Part shown: one piece after another, positions 28,030-41,114 of the stretch
Position numbering within the stretch: the stretch's first letter is position 1
How the letters are laid out: the number at the start of each line of letters is the position of its first letter
The notes under the pieces: generated by a model
The model's input: only the letters and a program-made list of their open reading frames with translations
What the model was told of the DNA's origin: nothing
Databases searched by the model: none
Assembly (NCBI GenBank): GCA_964016885.1
Contig: OZ024766.1
Coordinates: forward strand, 1,674,001 to 1,738,000
DNA length: 64,000 nt
From: Eledone cirrhosa
Taxonomy: Eukaryota
Reading direction: 5' to 3'
Program-made: the position numbers and the translations under genes

Positions 28030-28225
28030 ATATGTATGTGTATATACACACATATACATATATACATACATTATCTTGTGTCTCTCTCTCTCTCCCTCTA
28101 TATATATATATATACACACACACATACATATATACATACATTATCTTGTCTCTCTCCCTCTATATATATATATATACACACACATATACATATATACATA
28201 CATTATCTTGTGTCTCCATCTCTCC

Positions 28226-28264
<39 letters not shown>

Positions 28265-28719
28265 TATACATATATACATACATTATCTTGTGTCTCTCTC
28301 TCTCCCTCTATATATATATATATACACACAAACATTATCTTGTATATATAATAATAATTTCATTATTATTATATATACAAGATAATGTTTGTGTGTATAT
28401 ATATATATATAGAGGGAGAGAGAGAGACACAAGATAATGTATGTATATATGTATGTGTGAGTGTATATATATATAGAGGGAGAGGGAGAAAGGGAGAGAC
28501 AAGATAATGTATGTATATATGTATGTGTGTATATATATATATATATATAGAGGGAGAGATGGAGACACAAGATAATGTATGTATATATGTATGTGTGTGT
28601 ATATATATATAGAGGGAGAGAGACAAGATAATGTATGTATATATGTATGTATGTGCGTGTATATATATATATATATAGAGGGAGAGAGAGAGACACAAGA
28701 TAATGTATGTATATATGTA

Positions 28720-28740
<21 letters not shown>
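28030..28740. repeat. Large palindromic minisatellite array
   Basis: Units cattatcttgtgtctctc...tata switch orientation at the centre ataataat-ttc-attattat (~28360). Confidence 0.9.
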
Positions 28741-28792
<52 letters not shown>

Positions 28793-29040
28793 TGGATGTC
28801 AATGTGTTTATTTTATACAGATATGTGTATATGTGTATATATATGTGTGTTTATATATATATATAAATATGACTGTGTGTATGCATATATATATGACTGT
28901 GTGTGTATATATATATGTGTATATGTGTATCTGGTGTTTATATTAGCAGTAAAACAGAAATGCTAACTTCATCTGGTAGTCTGCTGCACAACTGGAATAA
29001 AAAAAACCCATTGTAAAACCACTGTTTAGACAATAAAATG

Positions 29041-29090
<50 letters not shown>

Positions 29091-29153
29091 GTGTGTTTGT
29101 GTGTATATATGTGTGTGTGTGTCTGTATATATATATATATGTATATATATGTC

Positions 29154-29221
<68 letters not shown>

Positions 29222-29237
29222 TATATATATATGTATA

Positions 29238-29296
<59 letters not shown>

Positions 29297-29424
29297 GTGT
29301 GTGTCTGTATATTATAAAACGACTGTTTATACAATAAATGCTTAATGGTGTATCTATAACAGAAGATCCTGTTAAGGGTGAAAGCAGCGATTCTTTGCTT
29401 AAACTTTAATCTGTTATTTTAATA

Positions 29425-30492
29425 TATATATATTCGTGTACAGATATTTTTGCATGCACAAAGACAAAAACCTATTTATTTAACGAAAGCACGGATTACA
29501 TGCCCACATTTGAAGTACAGGGCCAAGTGTACCAGACGATTGGAAGTCTCCTACCTCTGACCGATGAAGACCACAAGTTTTTGCGAATCTACTTCATTGG
29601 AGACGCAGATTCACAAGCAATACATCGCCATCAGGCCATCCCAGGAACCAGATTTGAAAACATTCGCCAGTTACAGGACATGTTAAGCGACATCAGTTTC
29701 CAAAAAGACTAAGATTCGCGATTACCATCAACAAAGCTCAGGGTCAAACCCTAAAAGTGGCTGGCCTTCATCTGGGAAAACCATGCTTCTCCCATGGTCA
29801 ATTGTATGTAGGATGCTCTAGAGGTAGCTCGCCAAACAATCTCTTCATCTTTGCTCCGAGGGCCGAACAAAACATATTGTATACTCTGAGGCTCTAACAA
29901 TGTAATTTATGTATTTTCTGTTACTTGGAATTTCCATTATGGTTGTACAAATTATTGTTTGTTAAAAAATGTGTTCTCTGTTGAGCTTTTATTGTTGTAA
30001 CCATCAATTTTCTTTAATGTACTGGCTGCTGAACTGGGGAATACTAAAAACTATTCATGTAGAGTACGGGAGAGGAGACTGAGGTGGTATGGACATGTGA
30101 TGCGCATGGAGGATGACCGATGGGTGAAGAAGTGCCAGGAAATGCCAGTTGAAGGAAGACGTGGTAGAGGTAGACCACGAAAAACATGGGCGGAGGTGGT
30201 GAGAGCAGACCTCAGATCATTGAAGCTCATGGTGGAGATGACGAGGGACCGTGACGAGTGGAAAGATGCTGTGCTGAATAAGACCTGTCCCACCCTTGCA
30301 AGCAGGGAAAAGCGGACGTAAAATGATGATGATGATGATGATTCAAACCCAACATCAGAGCACGTTAACCCTCCCCCAACCTCGCTGACTTGAGAAGGCA
30401 TGCGGTATCTTTGCATTAGAGTGGAGGGGGAATTCCTGAAAAGATAAAATGTTGGGATACCTAACCGGGCACCAGCCGGACGGGCCAGCTAG
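29425..30492 (+). mobile_element. Internally deleted Helitron carrying Rep and PIF1-helicase remnants
   Basis: MPTFEVQGQVYQTIGSLLP (RepHel N-region) and [36 protein letters not shown] (helicase motifs). 3' hairpin ccgg...ccgg then CTAG|T at 30489-30493; 5' boundary approximate. Confidence 0.88.
30052..30342 (+). mobile_element. RTE LINE 3' end fragment
   Basis: RLRWYGHVMRM...GRRGRGRPRKTW, ending [11 protein letters not shown]-stop plus (ATG)n. Confidence 0.92.
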
Positions 30493-30666
30493 TATAGTAT
30501 ATCTATGGAGTGAATAAGTTATTTAGCCCTAGGACAGTACTGATTCAGTAGACCTATGATATGATCACACATATTCCAGATGTGACCATCTCATGTCATA
30601 TATAAACAGACAGGGGAATATATTATATAATATGTGGAGTATATTTAGCTGCTATTTCTAACAAAC

Positions 30667-30703
30667 AGAGAGACCACGTGGAGCTCCTCTCTCTTTGATT
30701 CAT
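30667..30703 (-). CDS. Possible small internal exon of the nested gene
   Basis: Good acceptor ttatttttacag, weak donor CT|gtttgt; phase 1-2. Encodes DESKREELHVVS. Confidence 0.22.
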
Positions 30704-31055
30704 CTGTAAAAATAACGAATTGTTTTTCCATATTCTCTCTTTCTCTCTCTCTCTCTTTTTCTTTCTTTTTCTTTGTTTCTTTTTTTCTCTCTTTCTCTGT
30801 TTTCTCTTTCTTTCTTTCTTTCTTTCTCTGTTTTCTCTTTGTTTATTTGTTTCTTTCTTTCTCTTTCTTTCTCTTTGTTTATTTGTTTCTTTCTTTCTCT
30901 TTGTTTCTCTTTCTCTCTTTGTTTCTCTTTCTTTCTCTCTTTGTTTGTTTCTTTCTCTCTTTATTTTTCTCTCCCCCTCCCCCCTCACACCCACACTTAC
31001 CCTACTCCCACCCTCTCGCCTCTCACACCTCCCCCACTCTCTCCCACCATTTCAA

Positions 31056-31086
<31 letters not shown>

Positions 31087-31183
31087 AGTTCAGTCACTCA
31101 AACTAATTTGAAAAGTTTCCAAAAAATCTTAACTTGAAATTATCTCATTCTACACACAAACATATATACACACAAACATATAT

Positions 31184-31294
<111 letters not shown>

Positions 31295-31582
31295 TATATA
31301 CATACACCCACACATATATATACCTATACATATATATATACATATACACACACACAGATATATATATATATATATACATATATATATACATACACACACA
31401 CATATATATATATACATATATATACATACACACACATATATATATATGTAAAAGTTATACTTTGTTGGGATACAACAAGCAAATATTTTTATAACTGATA
31501 TAAAGCACTCAACAAATTTTTAGAGTAAAAATACGATATACAATATATTAACAAATGGAAACTATATTTATAAAACCATATT

Positions 31583-31647
31583 TATTTCCTTATACATATT
31601 TCAAGGACACCAAAGCAAATTATGGTGCGCTTTCATCAGATAAAATA
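31583..31647 (-). ncRNA. Minimal hammerhead motif in a 3-copy repeat family
   Basis: Minus strand reads tattttat CTGATGA aagcgcacca...tggtgtcctt GAAA tatgta TA aggaaata. Degenerate copies at ~42996-43060 (+) and ~45815-45880 (-). Confidence 0.6.
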
Positions 31648-32220
31648 TAATATAGATCAGTTTTATAAACAAATATTGACATACCCTTAAAAGAATGCGA
31701 CCATGTCTGTTGGAAGCTCCCGGATAGTGGGGTTACTAATTTTATTATTGGTCTATTATGCAAATTAGTGTCGGAGAGGTTTAAATCCCATACATTTAAA
31801 TTAAGCCGTTGGAATCATCATCATCATCATCATCATCGTTTAACGTCCAGATTTAAACACCTGCCTTCAAGAAACCACTGGTAAATGAATTATCTTATGT
31901 TGTTTATTACATAACTAAAAAGCTCTGTAGCCTACATAGAGCACTCTCTTTTCCTTTACCTTTCCTATGGAAACACTTTATATATATATCATCATCATCA
32001 TCATCATCATCATCAACGTTTAACATCCGTGTTCCATGCTTGCATGAGTTTGGACGGGGGTTTTCCCACTTGAGGCAAGATTGGTTGTCTTGCTCGCATA
32101 CGACTGTCTGGCGGGTTTTCTACAGCTGGATGCCCTTCCTAACACCAACCACATTTACAGTGTGGGTCTGGCAGGTTTTTACCGTGTTGCCTACACGGCC
32201 ACATTATACATATATATTTA

Positions 32221-32246
32221 TCTATATATATAAAAGCAAGTCTGTA

Positions 32247-32290
<44 letters not shown>

Positions 32291-32674
32291 TGTCTGTCTG
32301 TCTGTCTGTCTGTGTAGAAATACTAGGCTCCTTTTAACTTTTGAAGTACTAGGCCGATTTCAACCAAATTTGGCACAGATGTTGCTTATATGCCAGAGAA
32401 TATAATTTGAAACATATAATGTGGAAAAAAAATCGATATTGGGGCTGAAAAATCGATTTTGAGTGTGTATCTGTCTGTGTACAAATGCTAGGCTCCTTTT
32501 AATTTTTGAAGTACTAGGCCAATTTGGGACGTGCTATTGAGGTGACCTCTCCTTGGCTAGCCAATTAGCTGACATACGCTGACATGCACTCAGAAATTGC
32601 TAGCTAAGCCATAAACGACCTTGAACAATTCAGGCTGTCATTTATTTCCCGAGCAACACCGGGTACATCTGCTA

Positions 32675-32675
<1 letters not shown>
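32221..32675 (+). mobile_element. Non-autonomous Helitron
   Basis: A|TCTATATATATAAA 5' end, internal (GT)n/(GTCT)n, 3' hairpin cccg...cggg and CTAG|T. Confidence 0.85.
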
Positions 32676-32709
<34 letters not shown>

Positions 32710-32840
32710 GCATGGCCTCAGCTGGATGGTTGGAACAGGTAAAAGAGTAAAAGAGTATATATATATATATATATATGTATATAAACATATATATATTGGA
32801 TGTGTAATAAAATATATACACACATCCCTCTCTCTCTCTC

Positions 32841-32873
<33 letters not shown>

Positions 32874-33329
32874 ATGTGTGTGTGTGGGGGGGGGGGTATG
32901 TGATAGTAAGATTAAATCACAGAAGGAAGGAAGTGAGAAAGGACACGAGGAAGGAAAAACAATTATGGGAGATTCGATATTTTAACTACATATATACACC
33001 CTCCTGCCATATATATATATACACCCTGCCATATATATATATATACACACCCTGCCATATATATATATACACACCCTGCCATATATATATATATACACCC
33101 TGCCATATATATATATATACACACCCTGCTATATATATAAGTATATACACCCTGCCATATATATATATATATATGTGTGTGTATTTGTGTGTATATATAT
33201 ATATATATACATACATATATATACACACACTCATCCGTATGTAATTACAATGCCTATCTTGAAATAGCAGACGAAATATGCCAACCACTTGTTTACCCCC
33301 CCCCCCCCCCCGTCTATTGTCTAATTCAC

Positions 33330-33501
33330 CAACCCCGACCCTCCTGCCGCCTCTAGCAATTATAAACACACCACTACACACACCACTACACACACCACTA
33401 CACACACCACTAAACACCACCAGACACTCCACTAAACACACCACATTCCACTGTGTCCTCTCATTTCTACGTCTACTGCTACTACAACTTCTTCTGCTCA
33501 T
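33330..33501 (-). CDS. Possible first coding exon of the nested antisense gene (signal-peptide-like)
   Basis: MSRRSCSSSRRRNERTQWNVVCLVECLVVFSGVCSG...FIIARGGRRVGV: basic N-terminus, hydrophobic stretch, candidate donor G|gtgaat. Confidence 0.3.
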
Positions 33502-33575
33502 CTTGACTAATTAACAAACTTTTACATCTTAACTGGGTATATATATATAGACACAGTGTGTAGATGTTGGCTGGG

Positions 33576-33617
<42 letters not shown>

Positions 33618-33657
33618 CTTGCAAGCAGAGAAAAGCGGACGTAAAATGATGATGATG

Positions 33658-33709
<52 letters not shown>

Positions 33710-33750
33710 CATATATATATATGTATATATATATATATATGTGTGTATAC

Positions 33751-33784
<34 letters not shown>

Positions 33785-33954
33785 GTGTGTATATATATAT
33801 ATATGTATATATATATATTGTTATACTTTGGGAGGGTCATGTTGCCAATAAGAAACACACGCACCAGTTGTTTTCACTTCAATTTATTATATATTTATAT
33901 CGGTTTCAACACACGATTTCAGATAAAGAATCTTGCTAAACAAATTCAGAAACG

Positions 33955-34057
<103 letters not shown>

Positions 34058-34297
34058 AATACATATATATATATATACACTCACACACCTGCCTCTGTCT
34101 GTGTGTTTATATATACAGCATATACACGTGTGTATATATATATATATATACATGTGTATATAACAAATAACATCTATTTGTAAAAACTCGTAAAACTTGT
34201 TAACGAGATATTTGATCATCTCGTTTATTGGTACATGTAGAGTAGGTGTTGATATATATATATTCTCATATATCAACGTGTTATATATATATATATA

Positions 34298-34710
34298 TCA
34301 TCATCATCATCATTTTACGTCTTTTTTTCTCTGCTTGCAAGGGTGGGACGGGTCTTATTCAGCCCAGCATCTCTCCACTCGTCACGGTCCCTCGTCATCT
34401 CCACCGTGAGCTTCAATGATCTGAGGTCTGTTCTCACCACCTCCGCCCATGTTTTTCGTGGTCTACCTCTACCACGTCTTCCTTCAACTGGCATTTCCTG
34501 GCGCTTCTTCACCCATCGGTCATCCTCCATGCGCATCACATGTCCATACCACCTCAGTCTCCTCTCCCGTACACTACATTCTATCCCTCTCTGACGCAGT
34601 TTTTCTCTCAACACATTTATGCTGGGTCTTTACGCACATTTACACTGCACATCCAACAGAGCAGGCTTGCCTCATTTCTCTGCAGTTTCTGCCCATGTCT
34701 CACTACCATG
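34298..34710 (-). mobile_element. RTE LINE 3' end fragment
   Basis: HGSETWA...RLRWYGHVMRM...RPRKTW with (ATG)n tail; near-identical to 30052-30342. Confidence 0.92.
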
Positions 34711-34772
<62 letters not shown>

Positions 34773-34935
34773 TATATTGCATCGTCAAGTATGAAATTTG
34801 TAGAAATTTGTAGAAAAAAAATGTTTTTTTATTTATTTCATACTTGACCAACCAAAGTATTGTCTTCCTGTCTTCCTTCGGTTGCAACGTTTTTCGAAAT
34901 ATTTACTTCTGCGTTCACAGGTTGATTTTTTTTTT

Positions 34936-34986
34936 AGTTTCAGAAGATCCCGTTAAGGGTGAAAGCAGCGATTCTTTGCTTAAACT
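34936..34986 (+). ncRNA. Hammerhead-like motif with CAGAAGA core variant
   Basis: agttt CAGAAGA t-ccc-gttaa-ggg-t GAAA gcag-cgattct-ttgc TT aaact. Stems I and III pair. The family recurs at ~17878, ~29360 and ~56230-56277 (-). Confidence 0.4.
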
Positions 34987-35093
34987 TTAATCTGTTATTT
35001 TAATAAATATTTACTCTAGGGTTCTTATATATTTGATATATATTTATCCTTATCGAACCCTCTTTGGATTTTAGTCTTCACATTTATTATTAT

Positions 35094-35136
<43 letters not shown>

Positions 35137-35157
35137 TATACACACACTCCCACACAC

Positions 35158-35188
<31 letters not shown>

Positions 35189-35498
35189 CATTCCAGCTAG
35201 CCACTAATACCTCAAAGCTTAATACATTCTCAGAAATCAAATTGCCAAATACTTTCCCACTCACCACCTTTTGCTACCACTTCCCTCCCTCCCTCTTACA
35301 CACACACACGCACACATATATATATACACACACACACACATATATATATGTATATATAGGTGCACACATATATGTATATATATGTGTGTGTGTGTATATA
35401 TATATATATATGTATATATATGTGTGTGTATACATGTATGTGTGTATATATACATTTATATTTATATATATATATATATATATGTATACATACATTTA

Positions 35499-35538
<40 letters not shown>

Positions 35539-35612
35539 CATACATTTATATATGTATATATAAATATATATATATATATAAGCCATTTATAATCTACCTA
35601 ACAAGGTATATG

Positions 35613-35652
<40 letters not shown>

Positions 35653-36075
35653 TGTACATATATATGTACACACATATATATATACATGTACATATATATA
35701 TATATGTACATATATATATATATATATGTACATATATATACACACATATATATATATGTACATGTGTATATTATACAACAGACACTTCAGAAATTTTATT
35801 TTTATTTTTGTTTTTCTGACTAACTTTAGAAGTTTAAATTTGGAAACCTGTAAAATAAACTCTTAACACACACACGCACACACACACACACACAGACACA
35901 CACACACACAGACACACGCGCACGCACGCACACAATTGGTTGTGTAGACTTGTGGTTATGTGTTGTTCCTGGCAGTGTTATGTAAGTGTGGATTGCTGCG
36001 TAAGCTAGGTGGGAGGTGGGATTACAGAGGAGAAGTGGGAGAGAGAAAAAACAAGGAATAATGTTTAGAAGAAAA

Positions 36076-36127
<52 letters not shown>

Positions 36128-36128
36128 T

Positions 36129-36470
36129 GGAGGCACATGGCTTAGTGGTTAGAGCATTGACCTTGCAATCGAAGGGTTGTGAGTTCAATTCTCAGACCGG
36201 GTGATGTGTTGTGTGTGTCCTTGAGCAAGACACTTTATTTCACATTGCTCCAGTTTACTCAGCTGTAGAAATGAGATGATAGGGACTGGGGTCCCTATCA
36301 TTCCACTGTAAAGTGGTCGTGGAGGTGCCACGGCAAAAAAGCACCCAGCACTCACTGTAAATGAGGTTGGTGTTAGGAAGGGCATCCAGCTGTAGAGATC
36401 AAGCCAGCATCAGTTCCCGTCCCACCCTTGCAAGCAGGGAAAAGGGGACGTAAAAGGATGATGATGATGA
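36129..36470 (+). mobile_element. SINE family A
   Basis: Full-length copy. Confidence 0.92.
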
Positions 36471-36829
36471 TACATATATATATATATATATATATATGAA
36501 TATATATGAATATAAGGAATAATCGACTTTCGTCAAATCGGACCGAGGAAACAATGTTTCCATTGGTCTTTCCAATTGCTAATTCTATCTATTGGTCACA
36601 ACTCCAGGTGAAAGGAGCAATGTGAAATAAAGTGTCTTGCTCAAGGACATAACGCATCACCTGGTCCGGGAATCGAACTCACAACCTCACCATTGTGAAC
36701 CCAGTTCTCTAACCACTCAGCCTTCACAAAGGAGATGCTGCCAGCAGCGAGGTTCCCCAACTAGGAGAGACCAACGGGAGGAGGAAGTTAAAGATCCAAT
36801 TTCTGGGTAATGCTAGATGTGTTGATGTT

Positions 36830-37712
36830 AGTGTTGTTGTTGGTGGTGGTGGTAGTGGTGGTGGTGTGGTGGTGTGGTGGTAGTAGTGGTGTAGTGGTAG
36901 TGTAGTGGTGGTTGTGTAGTGGTGGTAATGGTAGTGGTGGTGGTGGTGGTAGTTGTGGTAGTGGTGTAGTGGTGGTGGTGTAGTGGTGGTAATGGTAGTG
37001 GTGGTGGTGGTAATAGTGGTGGTAGTGGTGGTGGTGGTGGTAGTTGTGGTAGTGGTGGTGTAGTGGCGGTGGTGGTAATAGTGGTGGTGTAGTTAGTGGT
37101 GGTGGTGGTGGTGGTGGTGTGGTGGTGGTAGTGTAGTGTGGTAATGGTAGTGGTGGCAATGGTGGTGGTGGTAATAGTGGTGGTGGTGGTGTAGTGGTGG
37201 TGGTAATGGTGGTGGTGTAGTGGTGGTGGTGGTGTAGTGGTGGTGGTGTAGTGGTGGTGGTGTAGTGGTGGTGGTAATGGTGGTGGTGGTAATGGTAATG
37301 GTGGTGGTGGTAATGGTAGTGGTGTAGTGATGGTAATGGTGGTGGTGGTGTGATGGTGGTGGTGGTGTGGTGGTGATGTAGTGGTAATGGTGGTGGTGTA
37401 GTGATGGTAATGGTGGTGGTGTGGTGGTGGTGGTGGTGTGGTGGTGATGTAGTGGTAATGGTGGTGGTGTGATGGTGGTAGTGGTGGTGGTGTGGTGGTG
37501 ATGTAGTGGTAATGGTGGTGGTGTAGTGGTAATGGTGGTGGTGTGATGGTGGTGGTGGTAGTGGTGGTGGTGTGGTGGTGATGTAGTGGTAATGGTGGTG
37601 GTGTAGTGGTAATGGTGGTGGTGTGATGGTGGTGGTGGTAGTGGTGGTGGTGTGGTGGTAATGGTGGTGGTGTGATGGTGGTGGTGGTGTGGTGGTGATG
37701 TAGTGGTGTTGA
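36830..37712. repeat. (GGT/GTA)n low-complexity repeat
   Basis: Triplet-based tract. Similar GT-rich tracts at 19425-19975, 39893-40333, 43665-44120 and 49875-50270. Confidence 0.95.
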
Positions 37713-38142
37713 TGTTTCTGCTTATCAATTCTCATTAAGATAGAAATTCCTGGGGCTTGATATTATCATCTCCATCAACTAACGTACAGGTGTGTATGTA
37801 CATGTATATATATATATGTATATATATATATGTATATATATATATGTATATATATATATATGTATATATATATATGTATATATATATATGTATATATATA
37901 TGTATATATATATATATACATATATACATACACACACACGAGTGTATGTGTGTGTGTGTGTGTTTATCAGTAAATCTGGGTGCTATGTTTCAGGTAATGG
38001 GATGAGTGTAGGGTGGTAGGAGGGGTGTAATTTTGATGTTTAGGGTGCATTTTAATATATGGGTGTGGGGCGGGGGGTGTCTGGGAATTGGGTGGAAAAG
38101 CGAGATAGGCAGAGAGTGAGAAAGAGAGGGAGGGAGTGAAGG

Positions 38143-38207
<65 letters not shown>

Positions 38208-38208
38208 T

Positions 38209-38269
<61 letters not shown>

Positions 38270-38329
38270 CGGTGCCCCAGCATGGCCTCAGCCGGATGGC
38301 TGAAACAGGTAAAAGAGTAAAAGAGTAAA

Positions 38330-38372
<43 letters not shown>

Positions 38373-38483
38373 CAACCAGATTATATTTTAAACAAATAAC
38401 AATCTGAGCCAGAAAGAAATTTCGAACTCTAGTTAGATGCGAGACAAACAACAACAGAAACACAACAAACCCTCCATCTCTAT

Positions 38484-38526
38484 TTTACTTTTGATAAACA
38501 TAGAATTGTGAAACCGGTAAAGTAAA
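38484..38526 (+). ncRNA. Minimal hammerhead motif with U3-A8 variant core
   Basis: tttactt TTGATAA aca-tagaat-tgt GAAA ccgg TA aagtaaa. Perfect 7-bp stem I, palindromic CCGG stem III, GUA triplet. Confidence 0.55.
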
Positions 38527-38569
38527 CAAATATTCTCAAAAGGCTCCAGTTGCATTTTCAAATTCTTTT

Positions 38570-38617
<48 letters not shown>

Positions 38618-38722
38618 CTGTCTCTCTCTCTCTCTAGATGTGTGTTTGTATTTGTGTGTGTGTGTGTATGTATGTAGTTTTTGTGGTATTAAAACCACCC
38701 AACCAATAAACATCTTTCTTTC

Positions 38723-38788
<66 letters not shown>

Positions 38789-38865
38789 TGCAGGTAACTA
38801 TGTCTGTCTATGTATACCAAGGAGTAAAGGGTTATCTAACACCTTTCTCTTCTTCTTCGTTACAG

Positions 38866-38935
38866 TCCACATAAGGAGACAATCCAAAGGGTGACCTACC
38901 TCAAGAATTCCCACAAATATTTGGTCATTAGCAAG
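38866..38935 (+). CDS. WDR49: WDR49-like exon 5
   Basis: tacag acceptor, AAG|gtgagt donor. Encodes [23 protein letters not shown]; phase 2-0. Confidence 0.93.
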
Positions 38936-38987
38936 GTGAGTGGAGCAGCAGTTGCTATCTTTCATATACTTTTCAGTTGTTGGTGTT

Positions 38988-39720
38988 ATATAGACCACAG
39001 TCTAACTACATCTGTCTGTCTATATAGACCACAGTCTAACTACATCTGTCTGTCTATATAGACCACAGTCTAACTACATCTGTCTGTCTATATAGACTCT
39101 AGTCTATGTCTATCTGTCTGTGTTATAGGAAGATGTGGTGTCAGTGGTCGCCAACCAGTGGTCTGACCACAGTCTAACTGCATCTGTCTGGTATAAACTA
39201 GTCAAACTACATCTGCCTATATAACCCATGGTCTAACCACATCTGTCTATATAGACCACAGTCTAACTACATCTGTCTGTCTACATAGACCACAGTCTAA
39301 CTACATCTGTCTGTCTATATAGACCACAGTCTAACTACATCTGTCTGTCTATATAGACCACAGTCTAACTACATCTGTCTGTCTATACAGACCACAGTCT
39401 AACTACATCTGCCTGTCTGATATAACCCAGGATCTAACTACATCTGTCTGTCTATATAGACCACAGTCTAACTACATCTGTCTGTCTATACAGACCACAG
39501 TCTAACTACATCTGTCTGTCTATACAGACCACAGTCTAACTACATCTGTCTATACAGACCACAGTCTAACTACATCTGTCTGTCTATACAGACCACAGTC
39601 TAACTACATCTGTCTGTCTATACAGACCACAGTCTAACTACATCTGTCTGTCTATACAGACCACAGTCTAACTACATCTGTCTGTCTGGTATAACCCAGG
39701 GTCTAACTACATCTGTCTAT
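38988..39720. repeat. 34-bp minisatellite filling intron 5
   Basis: tatagaccacagtctaactacatctgtctgtcta repeated about 18 times. Confidence 0.95.
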
Positions 39721-39727
39721 ATTACAG

Positions 39728-39884
39728 GAAGGTGTTGTGTCTATCTGGAACAGCAACCTACAGCAACAGAGATGTGAAAAACTGACCACAGAGTCCTGCA
39801 GGTCCAAGGACCTTTGGGTCACCCACTTCACACCAATGACCAGTACCAATAAATTGGCTGTCGCCTACACTAGCAAGGAGATAG
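39728..39884 (+). CDS. WDR49: WDR49-like exon 6
   Basis: Encodes EGVVSIWNSNLQQQRC...DLWVTHFTPMTSTNKLAVAYTSKEI; phase 0-1. Confidence 0.93.
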
Positions 39885-40059
39885 GTACTGTCTTACTACT
39901 ACTGCTGCTACTACTACTGCTACTAGTACTACTGCTAGTAGTACCACCACTACTACTACTACTACTACTGCTAGTAATACCACCACTACTACTACCACTA
40001 CTACTGCTGCTGCTGCTACTACTACTACTACTACTGCTGCTACTGTCTTACTACTATTG

Positions 40060-40138
<79 letters not shown>

Positions 40139-40145
40139 CACCACC

Positions 40146-40201
<56 letters not shown>

Positions 40202-40214
40202 CACCACCACCACC

Positions 40215-40276
<62 letters not shown>

Positions 40277-40280
40277 CAAC

Positions 40281-40324
<44 letters not shown>

Positions 40325-40441
40325 TACTACCACTGTTGGTAGTGTGTGTGTGTACTAGTGTATATATGTGGTTGGTGTGTATATAGTTCTATGTAAGAGT
40401 GTATAGTGTGTATATATGGCTGTACTTTCTGCTATTCACAG

Positions 40442-40529
40442 CTATCTACGACCTGAGTAACAAGATGGAGTTTCACAGATTGTACAAAATCAAGGAGTTG
40501 AAATACACCCCCCTTTGCTTGGACTACTG
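40442..40529 (+). CDS. WDR49: WDR49-like exon 7
   Basis: Encodes IYDLSNKMEFHRLYKIKELKYTPLCLDY; phase 1-2, donor TG|gtcagt. Confidence 0.93.
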
Positions 40530-40986
40530 GTCAGTAATATCTGGTGTATTTTGTAAATGTAGTCTTCCCAACACAGGTGACCATAATAACTGTTTCTACA
40601 TTTGGCAGAAGTTCCAGCAATTACCTCAGTGTATTACTGGTACTTTATTTTATCAACCCCGTAATAGTTGTTTATACTTTTGGCACAAGTTCCAGCAAGT
40701 AGAAACAATTATTACGGGGTTGATAAAATAAAGTACCAGTAATACACTGGGGTAATTGCTGGCCTTGTGCCCCCAAAAGTAGAAACAATTATTACGGGGT
40801 TGATAAAATAAAGTACCAGTAATACACTGGGGTAATTGCTGGCCTTGTGCCCCCAAAAGTAGAAACAATTATTTATTCAAAGTAATCCAACTTATTTTAC
40901 TAACGAGATAACACAATATATTGAGGGAGCAGTCCCACACTCCTTACTTTATTGTTGATGTTGTTGTTGTTGTTTCTCACCTGTAG

Positions 40987-41114
40987 GTCGAGCACGGACA
41001 GCTCTAACGAAGCTTACCTGGTGTGGGGGGATGTCGGAGGTTGGGTCAACCTCTTACATTTCGACTCCATAAACATTGCACTCTTCCAACGACCCTCGGC
41101 ACATTCGGAGAATG
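40987..41114 (+). CDS. WDR49: WDR49-like exon 8
   Basis: Encodes SSTDSSNEAYLVWGDVGGWVNLLHFDSINIALFQRPSAHSEN; phase 2-1. Confidence 0.93.

Noticed and set aside
36721-36805. Unique GC-richer island with an apparent donor (ctgg|gtaatg)
   Set aside because: No consistent open frame linking it to either gene model; it may be UTR or repeat-derived.
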